Positions 49,999 to 60,147 of a stretch of 64,000 nt of DNA are shown piece by piece (position 1 is the stretch's first letter; every line of letters begins with the position of its first letter). Source of the stretch: Flectonema sp. DT1601 (Eukaryota); contig OZ025796.1 of assembly GCA_964019425.1 (NCBI GenBank), positions 186,001-250,000 on the forward strand. The letters run 5' to 3'. The notes under the pieces were generated by a model. That model saw only the letters and a list, made by a program, of their open reading frames with translations, was not told the DNA's origin and searched no databases. Made by a program: the position numbers and the translations under genes.

Positions 49999-51249
49999 AA
50001 TATATGATGCGACCTGTTTATTATAACAATACTAGTGAAGTATACCACAATAATATGTTCGTTGTGAATGACGACAATACTAAAGAAATGTTCGAAGCCC
50101 GTGATTCCCTGAAAATCTGGTGGTGGTGTTCGACGTTATGTTCTCAACAAGGACCAGATTAAGCTCGTAGAGCTGTCCTCCAGGGAATGCACGCGGTGTT
50201 TAAAGCTGTTTAATAGAGCGATGCACACTATTGGTTCACATTTTCGTAATATTTTAAGAAAGAATAAAAAAAATATTATTTTATTTTTTTTGAATTTCTG
50301 TATGCATTTCAATCCAAAGACAGGAGAAAGCCTCTCTGGGGGGAAAAAACAAGATAACCCTCATTTCTAATGTATTTTATTTATTTATTTTTTTTTATTT
50401 TTTAAAAGTCTTTTGTTTTTCCCCTTTTCACCTTTTTGACCTTTTGATTTATTTATTCTTATTTTTTTTTTTCTTAAATTCTCCCAGATTGGTAACCCCC
50501 ATTTCAGCTGATGGATGTGATCGTGCATTGTCCGTTGTTGGCTTTTGTTTCTAACAAAACAGAAAACAGGGTTTTTTTTTTTTTTTTTTTTTTTTGCTTG
50601 TACACAAAAAAAAAAAAAAAGCAATCAAAAGTATAACACACATAGACCTCACGCAACCGTAAGAAGGTAATTAATTAACAAGGCAAGGCACAGTGACGCA
50701 AGCTTCAAACTATTCCACGTGCGAGTAGTGAAGAAAAAAGTGCAAAAAAAAAAAAAAAAAAAACATTGAAAAACATTGGGATAAGGAAGGGTTGATTCAC
50801 GTCTAATATAAAACCATAGAATAATAGGGGAAAAAAAGAAAACAGCAATAATTTCAATAAAATAAAAATAAAAAAAAAACTTCTTGATCGGACTGACGAG
50901 TTCGTAAGAAATTAAAGCCACGAGGCACGTTGTACCAGTCTTCACCCCACACGGAATAAGGTACTTCAATCCCAGGTGTGCTTGAAAATACTTCCTCAAT
51001 ACAAAATCTCAATATAGAAGAAGGCAACACGAATTCAGTTTATTCTATTATCGAACCACTCGGAAAGAATTACTAAGCGAAAAAGAAGAAAAAAAAAAAC
51101 GTCAGGAAAAAAAGACATTCAGATAAACTTTATATTTTGCTAATTGTAACTTTGACTAAAATATACTGCTCTCAATCTGAATAGTTTCTCCTTCATTGGC
51201 GCAAAAGGAAAAAAAAAACACTTTTAAGAGATAATAATATTGATTATGC

Positions 51250-53440
51250 TTATTCAGTTTTCTTTTCAGCTGCAGGTTTTGGTTGCTCAGTTTCAGGTCC
51301 TTTTTCCAAAACCATTCTAGCAACCGGCCAGGCACTTCGCAAGATGGTAGCAACCGGCAGTGGTCCGTTTTCCATATGCTCCAGGTAGACGTCACAAACA
51401 CGCTGACGAGCAAATAAATAAACAAAAGCAAATCCAACAATCAGAAGTGCTGGATTACTGGCCATGAAGTATACCTCATCGAGACCGAGTGCGATGAACA
51501 CCAAGTAAACCCAAAGTGGAAGGTTAAGTTTGTCTTTTACTCTCAACTTTGCTTCTAATATAATAGACTTGATGTCGTGTTTCAACTCATCGTATATTGA
51601 TTGAATCTTATCTTTTGGGATTAGAATCATTTCTTCTGATGGGAATGTCCCAGTTAGCTCAAGCTCTGCACTTTCTCTACTTCCGAATTCAGGAATCTTA
51701 ACTGTTACGGTACTATCTCCTTCAAGTTTCCAATGCATTAGCTCAACAAGGACTGAGCATGCTTGTTTCCATGCTTCAGGACATCTCTTTTCTAAAGCAT
51801 CTTCCTTAACACCAAGTTCTACCCCATCAGCGTTGTGTAGAAGACAGAATAGGAATCGTTGTGACATTAGTTCTCTGATGCAGACAGTCTTTGAAAGCTG
51901 TGGGTTTTGTTTTGTCATTTAGTAGTTAAAACACGAGTTTATCATAAAAAAGTAGTTAACCAGTATCTACACAATCAGAATACATACAACTGCATCTTGA
52001 AGGGTTACGTCAATCATCTTACTCATACGAGATGCGCAGACTCCCATTCCTTCGTCATCGAGCTTACCTTCGTCTTTGAATTTCTTTAGCTCTTCAACCA
52101 CGACGGTGGCGAATAACTTATCCCTCTGTTGGGTGGTGTTTTTTTGTTTTTCTTCCAGAAATACCGTAAAAGGTAATGTAATGACATACCTGCTGTCTAA
52201 GTCTGTCCCATAAATTTGAAAAGTCTTGAGAATCACGAAGTAGATTGTTAATAACTTCAGACAGGTGACTTTTAGCACTGCGTTCGATCTTCTTACAGAG
52301 AGCGTCGTAGACGGTTTGCATTATGTCAGATATTACCTTCTTAATGTCTTGTCTAGCATTCGTTAGTTGAACTTCCATGATATCCTTGTACCGAGAGAAT
52401 TGATGCACGTCCTGTTCGATTCCCTTGAGTGTTGAGGCGCTGAGTTCTTTTAGTGAAGATGATAGACCGACTGAGTCACCGGCAGCTGCGCGTTCCCGCA
52501 TTGCAGCTGAATCAGTGTTGAATTTCTCCTTGTGGGTTTCGATGATTTCACCCATTCTGTGTTTTGCGACGAGTTCTTTTTCACCCGGAATGTTTATATT
52601 TTTATTATCTTTAATAGCGTTCCAACAAGTCTTAGCATACGTGTCCAAATGAGATAGCAGAACTCCAGAGCTTCGCATGCCGGATGAGTTGGAGAATACG
52701 AATTCCTCTTCTTCACGATCTAAGAATTTCTTACTTAAAACAACCGCATCGTCTTCAAAGGATGGACTAGCTGGATGAGGAAGGCTGCTAACACCAAAAT
52801 CAAACCATTTTTGGAATTCATCATCAGCATGGTCAGCTGGTTTTGTTATTTTTTTCCAAACATCTTCCATCGTCGTCAACAATTGTTGTGAAAGGATCGG
52901 TACTGGAGTATTACCATCGTAGTCTCTTACCACGAACATTAACATCTTTTTGGTTCCACCGCCTGATGAAGACTTCGCGACTTGCATTTGTATATCAAAA
53001 TTTAGTTGTAAGATTGTTTCGAGGAGGGGAATATTCATCGCATGCCGTCTTCCGATTTCATGTTGAAAGACGTTTACGAGCAGAACATCTGCCATTGCCA
53101 GAGCGAACAAACTGAGCTTTTTCTCGAACGATTGTTCCTCTCCACGTTCTTGACTGTCAGTTCCCTCGAAATCTAAAACTATTAAGTTATCGCAACCAGC
53201 AGCCTTCGCCATCCATACTCCTTGTGTAGTCTGACCACGTCTGTCAGCGCTGTTCATCTCCTCAAAAGATGTCTTGAAAAGTTTGTTTAAGAGAGTACTT
53301 TTTCCAGTACTTTGACCTCCAAATACAGCTAATAGTGAATAGTTGTACTCTAGTCCCTTCATTTCTCTGGTCTCTAAGAAATCACCAAATCCTTTGTAGT
53401 TCAATTCCCCGTCAACCAAATGGTGGATAGGCATCCCCAT
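51250..53440 (-). CDS. SEY1: ER-fusion GTPase SEY1/RHD3; exons 53440-52190, 52125-51988, 51897-51250 (~678 aa)
   Basis: Motifs FGGQSTGKSTLLNKLF, RGQTTQGVW, LDFEGTD..ERGE, FVVRD, and the C-terminal hairpin TM LPLWVYLVFIALGLDE..NP. Two phase-0 GTATGT..CAG introns. Confidence 0.93.
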
Positions 53441-54029
53441 TTTGTTGTTTTTTTTTATGTTTCTTTTTTTTTTTTTTTCTTCGTTGCTGGTTTAGTATAA
53501 GGGGAGTGGAAACAGTAAACTATTCAGATAAAAACCTTATATATTATAAGTTGTTGATCGCAACATACTACAGACTGCACAGATGACACAATAAAATAAA
53601 CGGCGAATAGTTTTCTTCTCCAACTTAGCAGGTGCACAATAAAAAAAGAAAAAAAAACATCATAATCATCATTCGGGTTGTTCACTCTTCAATCATATTA
53701 ATTATTTCCTGTAAAAGGGTAATAGTGTAATGCAATCAGTGACATTTCTATTATTTATTTTATTTTCGTTTTAGGGTTCAAAGACAGCGCGACGCAGTCC
53801 CCCTGGAGTTGAACAACTTAAGGAAAAAAAAGAGAGAGGAAGGAAAAGAATTAACTTAAAGAGATAATAAAAAGAATTCATTTTCTCTTCTTTAAGTTAT
53901 TTCTTTTCATTCTTCTCACTTGGCTCAGCTCTTTACCCAAGCGTGACCATTATTTTATTTCCGTTGTCGCTATTACAAAACTAACTAAAACAAAAAGTCT
54001 GCAAGCTCGGATGCTGAAAAAAAAAAATT

Positions 54030-54712
54030 TGCTCGTTGCTGCCAGGTTCTACTTTTTGATGTTCTTCGTAGAATGTTTGTTGTAGTTCTTGCAAATAGCT
54101 GAAATTAATTCGGTCAAGATAAAGATGGTCTGCAACAAAATTCAGTGATGCCCATCCACACTCACCTCCAATTAGACCTTCCCCTGAAGATTGATGTGAT
54201 TATATTGGGAATCGTTTGTCTAAGGTGTGAAGTGTGGAACTTTTATGATTAATGGTGTCTTTTTCGTCGCTTACAGGGATACCATGATTAAACTTTTCGG
54301 AAGTAATATTTAGACGTCTTCGAATTGCAGCTGCAACATTGCCATCGTCAATATATAAGTTGATAAAGCTGTGACAAGCTACTGCGAGGTTCTTAACCTT
54401 GTATCCTCGGTTGAGTAGTCTGTATGTTACGAACTCGAGCTCTTGCAGAAGATCTGCCTGATTATTACAGATTCTGAGTGCTCGTTGGAGCATGGTGGTG
54501 AAGATACTAGTACCCATCGATTCTTGAGCAGCCGAGTGCTGGTGAGTGAATCTTGTTGGTATTATGTGCCATCCACGCGCTTTGTCGTTAACGCTAAGAC
54601 GTATCCACCTGTTGTTTGATCTGGTGGTTTCGATTCGGATTCTAATTCCAATGTATGAAACATCATCAATACCATTAGAGGTCTCGGTGTAGTTCATGGA
54701 GTATAATTCTGC
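54030..54712 (-). mobile_element. Second Penelope-like RT thumb / Josephin-like fragment (pseudogenised)
   Basis: Paralog of 840-2006. After the TAA at 54200 the same frame continues SHQSSGEGLIGGECGWASLNFVADHLYLDRINF..VEPGSNEQ. Confidence 0.78.
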
Positions 54713-54832
54713 TCAGTGTTTCTACCTGTAGTTTAGTTAGAATTTGAGTTTATTATAAAAAAGTGCACTAAAATAAAATATAACAAAGAAAAATTATAAA
54801 AACACATTGTTCTGCTGTTCCATAATACACTG

Positions 54833-54917
54833 TGGAATACGTAGTTTCAGGAGCCTTAATCTTATACTACTTGTCCCTCTTAGGCCTTCATCAGTAAGTT
54901 CTAGGGACTTCATTCCA
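54833..54917 (-). ncRNA. Hammerhead ribozyme, non-circularly permuted (family 1), second copy
   Basis: Same core as 674-760. The outer helix has a compensatory change (UAGAAU/AUUCUA to UGGAAU/AUUCCA), and the extra helix is shortened on both strands (GUCCCU/AGGGAC). Stem II has a 2-nt bulge. Confidence 0.75.
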
Positions 54918-56083
54918 GTTAATGAATAAATCCTGTAGTTTAGTTAGTATTAATGGTTATCAGTCAAAAGAAGGGGAGAGGGCGGGAAAATTCAATCGAA
55001 TGCAAAAGTTCGTAGGACAACAAACTAATAATAATGGTTGGTTTCGGGCTAAGATTCAACAATCTTTCTTCGGACCATTCCCCTTACCCAGCTCTCTTCA
55101 GCGAAGAAAGTAAGGAGGACACTGCGGTGTCAGGCCTCATTAGTTAGTTAGTATTAGGGGAGTGGGGGAGAAGGTGAAAAAAAATGAAAAAATCTTCTTT
55201 CTTTCATATACATCTTTCTTTATAATACGACCACATGTGCCATATGCCCACACTCCACGAAAGAAAATAGAAAACCCCGGAACAGTACCGAGGATCGTTC
55301 ACCCCCAGTTGTCCAAAGCATTATAATTGTACTGTGGTCTTACCGAAAAACTTTAGAACCACAAAAAAAGCTGGGCAGCACATAGCCATATCACTCAGCA
55401 AGAAATGAAAACCAAAAGGATCAGGTAAGATGACAGTCAGTTTAAGGTCATAACTGCGCCGGACCAAGTTTATGTAACAGGAATGTACTTTCTTTCAATA
55501 AAGAAAACAAAATGACGTAAGACAGTTAGATTTACATTATTTGAATTATACGAATTACAATAATATTTTTCTCTAAGTGTTGTCCTAATTCAAAGGGGCT
55601 ACGGGCCAACTCAGGTAACTGACAAAGAAACTTGATTTTATGCGTCCTTTGAAATCCTACATTCTGTTCTTTATTTTTATTTCATTTTCCGTGACATAAT
55701 TTCTTTTATGCACGTGGGAAGAGAACGCCGCTACGACCAATGCTGCCTAAAGTTAGATCAGAGAAGTTCCATTGAAACTCCGGAATACCCGTGTATTGGT
55801 TAGTAGTCATGGATTGATCTTTTTATGGTCACTATTGTGATTAGAACTAAAGGTGTTTAATGATCAAGTTTCTGTCTCAAAAAAATAAAAGGAGATGTAA
55901 AGAATTATTAATAACAAGAGCTAACATTTGGATGTATTGTATCCATAGTTGACTAATCAGTAACTGGATACACATCTTAGGCGCGTTGCGCCGGGCACAA
56001 ATCTGCTTGCGTATATTTGCACCTGTACTCTGCTCACAAACGGGTTGTCGCGAAGCTTCAACCTGGGAACAGAGTGATGGGGG

Positions 56084-56355
56084 GTCAACTGTTCGGGTTT
56101 GTACGTAAAATAAAAATGTATTGTATCATAAACAACATAACGATAGTTTAACATTAGTTCTGAGATACAGTGACTAAAGGTAATGTTAGTGTAGGTATAC
56201 ACTCTGCGATTGACGTAAATACTTTACATTATAATAAATGTTTCTAACTTAGCTGCATATAAATCTCTTTTTCCGTGTTGTCATTCAGTGCAGTACGGAA
56301 TCGAGTTATTCAATTTTGAATTAATCGTGAGCCCTGGGAAACCAAAACCAGGGTA
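56084..56355 (-). repeat. Repeat related to family 2, shared with 22200-22410
   Basis: Begins after a G-run. It shares the near-identical block ttccgtgttgtcattcagtgcagtacggaatcgagttattcaattt with 22329-22374, and its ctgggaaaccaaaaccag segment is inverted in the 22.4-kb copy. Confidence 0.7.
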
Positions 56356-56441
56356 TAATGTAATACGGCAGAGTGTAGGTTTCACCTACAAATTATTTGC
56401 TTAAAATCAACAATTCTTTGAAAAAAACAGGGGAGGGGGGC

Positions 56442-57610
56442 TGTATGTTCGATTTTGTAAAAATTACAACTGTGTTGTATCATAAAAACATAAAGATAAT
56501 TTAACATTAGTTTTAAATACAGTGACTATGGGTGATGCGCAACTTAGCATATTAAAGTAACTATAGGTTTCGAGAGTTATCCATATACCTCTTACCTCTA
56601 TTCTCTCTCATCAGTTATGGTGTAGAAGTAAGTCAGTCAAATGTTGAGACTGAGTCATTCCAGTTTGCAGGACTGGAATGTAGTTACTTTGAGTTTCATG
56701 TTCATAAATAAAAAAAAAACATATTTTTTGCTGTTACTAGTTCGTAGCTCACTACTAGTGGAGCACTTTTCTACAATAAATGTAGAAAGTGTTTTTAATT
56801 ATCAAAGTCTGATAATTGTTCCTTAGCATCAGGGATATCTGGAGCTGAAGATCTCTGTGAAATGCTCATATCATCTGAAGAATCATGTTCATCTTGTTTG
56901 CTTCTTTTCTTTCGAGTATTTCTTCTGAGCATCGGTCTCATTGGACTCTGCGAGTTGAGTCTTTTCACCAATTTCAGTTTCTTCTTTTCCTTTCCCTTTG
57001 CTAATTTATGTTTTTGTACTTCTTTAAGTTTCATTTTCTGTGCCAACTTATGTTCAGTACACTCATTTTTAAGCCTTTTCCGGTTGCTCAGGTATTTTTT
57101 GATTCTTACAATTCGCATTGGACTCTGTGAGTTCAGTCTCTTGTTACTGCTTCTCTCTGGTTCATCAGCGACCGTTTGTGTTGCCAACTTGCCATTATTT
57201 TTGATAGATAACATATGAGTTTCTGTCTCATCTTTTGTAACAGTTACAATACTATTTCGAGGATCCGTTTTGTATTCAGTGACCGTAAATGAAGTGTTAT
57301 CATCTTCATCAACATATGTTGGATATTCTTTTGATGCTCTGAATATTCCACATTTATTGATATGGTCAATAAATGACTTCCAGGATTTATTGCAATATTT
57401 GCAAGTTTTACCGATATTCTCTGTATCTGTGTATGTTAGTACTCTTGATACCTTTTGTGGTGTAATCGGTATTGTTGTTCCGGAATTCGTGGCTTTACTG
57501 CTTACAGTAGGTGGTGTTTCCATCTTCCTGGCTACTGTTTGTAGTGTAGTTGATCTTAGTCTGTATGTGGTGACTATTTTCTCCGACTGTCTTTCTTTTG
57601 ACAAACTTCG
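56442..57610 (-). mobile_element. Longest family-2 retroelement copy: ORF 3' end (stop 56795, CxxC..H..C finger), hammerhead and 3' terminus, with a 19-bp TSD
   Basis: aaaaacaggggaggggggc at 56423-56441 and 57611-57629. The ORF contains KTCKYCNKSWKSFIDHINKC. Confidence 0.8.
56560..56639 (-). ncRNA. Hammerhead ribozyme, non-circularly permuted (family 2)
   Basis: Minus strand reads CUUACUUCUA-ca-CCAUA(a)-CUGAUGA-GAGAG-aa-UAGAGGUAAG-AGG-UA^UAUGG-auaa-CUCUC-GAAA-CCU. Predicted cleavage between 56586/56585. Confidence 0.78.
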
Positions 57611-57980
57611 AAAAACAGGGGAGGGGGGCGTTTGGGTTGATTCACGGCAGTCCTCTAACGGACTAATCACATATTCGAAAAAAATAGCGAAGGTCGAGCA
57701 ACTTAATACTTGGTATCCAAATTCTTGTGAGGAACTATTCTCAAGAATTCTTACTGAAAAATATTTCCAAAAAAAATTCCTCACAATAAGAATTCCTTAC
57801 CAGATCTCCAAGGAAACCCCCAGTAAAAAATTTTCCTTGATCAGGAATTATTTTTGTGGGAGAAAAATCTTGTGAAATAACGCTTTTTGAAATTGTTTGG
57901 AGAAATTCCCCGCAAGGATAATTTCTGCAAGAAAAAGATGAGAAAAAAAAGAAAAAAAAACTTTTATAAGTGACGCTGGT

Positions 57981-58976
57981 AGTTCTACCCCATCAGCGTT
58001 GTGTAGAAGACAGAATAGGAATCGTTGTGACATTAGTTCTCTGATGCAGGCAGTTTTTGAAAGCTGTGGGTTTTGTTTTTGTTTTTGTTTCCATTTAGTA
58101 GTTAAAACACGAGTTTATCATAAAAAAGTAGTTAACCAGTATCTACACAATCAGAATACATACAACTGCATCTTGAAGGGTTACGTCAATCATCTTACTC
58201 ATACGAGATGCGCAGACTCCCATTCCTTCGTCATCGAGCTTACCTTCGTCTTTGAATTTCTTTAGCTCTTCAACCACGACGGTGGCGAATAACTTATCCC
58301 TCTGTTGGGTGGTGTTTTTTTGTTTTTCTTCCAGAAATACCGTAAAAGGTAATGTAATGACATACCTGCTGTCTAAGTCTGTCCCATAAATTTGAAAAGT
58401 CTTGAGAATCACGAAGTAGATTGTTAATAACTTCAGACAGGTGACTTTTAGCACTGCGTTCGATCTTCTTACAGAGAGCGTCGTAGACGGTTTGCATTAT
58501 GTCAGATATTACCTTCTTAATGTCTTGTCTAGCATTCATCAGTTGAACTTCCATGATAACATCTTCTTCGATTCCCTTGAGGGTTGAGCCGGATGAGTTG
58601 GAGAATACGAATTCCTCTTCTTCACGATCTAAGAATTTCTTACTTAAAACAACCGCATCGTCTTCAAAGGATGGACTAGCTGGATGAGGAAGGCTGCTAA
58701 CACCAAAATCAAACCATTTTTGGAATTCATCATCAGCATGGTCAGCTGGTTTTGTTATTTTTTTCCAAACATCTTCCATCGTCGTCAACAATTGTTGTGA
58801 AAGGATCGGTACTGGAGTATTACCATCGTAGTCTCTTACCACGAACATTAACATCTTTTTGGTTAGTTAATAGTAAATAGTTGTACTCTAGTCCCTTCAT
58901 TTCTCTGGTCTCTAAGAAATCACCAAATCCTTTGTAGTTCAATTCCCCGTCAACCAAATGGGATAGGCATCCCCAT
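57981..58976 (-). pseudogene. SEY1: Partial SEY1 duplicate with both introns, internal deletions and a frameshift
   Basis: Near-identical to 51815-53440 but lacks about 52956-53325 (P-loop region) and about 52440-52678. It has a 2-nt deletion just after the ATG and no 3' end. Confidence 0.9.
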
Positions 58977-59263
58977 TTTGTTGTTTTTTTTTTTTTGCAT
59001 CCGCAAATCTATTGTTCGGTAGAAAAAGAACTGTGGCAGCGTAACTAACCTATTCCTTTATTAGGAATTTGTACTGGTTGCGCACAAACAAAATAACTGC
59101 TAAGAGATCATTGTGAACCTTCCACTGTTAAGGAACTCAACACACGAGGCTCGTGTATTGAATGAAGCGATTCATGCGCTGTTGCCTGTTGCGTACCGCA
59201 GCGGCAACGTAAGAGATTCGTTGCCTCTGATGGTAACGAGGCTGGCGTTAAGGCTGGGTCGGC

Positions 59264-59440
59264 ATGGGCGACTGCGTCGGTTACTTATTCAAGTACATAA
59301 CAAAAGCAGAGCCTAGACTGAGCTTTGCTTTGAAGCAGGAAGGTGCGAGGGAAGTCCGAGACGAAGCGACCCAGTACCAGAATGCAAGGATCATGGGTTC
59401 GTGCGAGGCTGCGGGCCGCCTTCTGAGCATGCCTCACCAC
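59264..59440 (+). mobile_element. Helitron-type Rep domain fragment within a GC-rich island (~59089-59760)
   Basis: YLFKYITKAE..DEATQYQNARIMGSCEAAGRLLSMPHH matches the Helitron Rep pattern KYLFKY.TK..DEI..Y..AR.VS..EA.WR...P.H. Confidence 0.65.
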
Positions 59441-59827
59441 TCCAAAGGTTTCCCTCTGGATGCCGTTATTTCATTTCAGGAAACGTTGAACGCGCGGTTG
59501 GGCACGCTGAGATTCGGAAACGCTCTGCTAGAAGCACACGTTGCTGATCATCAGTGAAGGCTGAAGCTTTCCGATCGCCCAAGGGAAATCCCGACATTCG
59601 CAGTGAATGTCAATGGCTACACGGTGGGGAAGGTTCTGGGTGGAGTTCCAAAAACCAAAAAAGGGTAGACTAGACCTTTAAAGGGTCCTCCTTCCGCACC
59701 GCGACGCTACCTTACACATGCATATAGTAGACACAGGCATGGACTATTTTATAAGGGTCCGGTTGCGCACAAATAAACAAAAGTGTGAGTAAAAAAGTAA
59801 AAAGTGAAGTTTGCCGATTCTTTTTAA

Positions 59828-59960
59828 CCATTCAGATTAGGCTTATATTTCGTTGAACGCAGATAAAATCCTGTCGCACGGGGAAAATAAACCATGACCA
59901 TAAGAAATATCGGCTTTCAATCTGAAAAGTTTCTTCTCCGACAACGTCGGTACAAAAAAA
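59828..59960 (+). repeat. Family-3 repeat copy
   Basis: Aligns to 8011-8150. The adjacent 59960-60055 is also duplicated at about 53660-53760. Confidence 0.7.
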
Positions 59961-60147
59961 GAAATCATCATTCGGGCTGCCTCTCTTCAATCATATTAAT
60001 TATTTCCTATAAAAAGTAATAGTGTAATGTAATCAGTGACATTTTTTATTTTATTTTTATTTTTTTCGCGGGGCTGAAACACCCCTTTGATACGTAATAA
60101 TAACCAAACTAACTATGTCGGCAAGATCCTTTCTAACGATCTTTGAT

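Noticed and set aside
57630..57784. N-terminal 50 codons of ORF 56795-57784 as part of a real gene
   Set aside because: They lie outside the 19-bp TSD, so they are chance read-through into the truncated element ORF.
450..58870. Recurrent gttagttag motifs near element junctions as possible telomeric additions
   Set aside because: They are not TTAGGG arrays and are very short. At 58861 the motif is explained by a deletion junction plus point changes.
59830..59972. Box C (AUGAUGA) and box D (CUGA) on the minus strand suggesting a C/D snoRNA
   Set aside because: The close copy at 8011 lacks box C, there is no terminal stem, and no rRNA antisense element was recognised.
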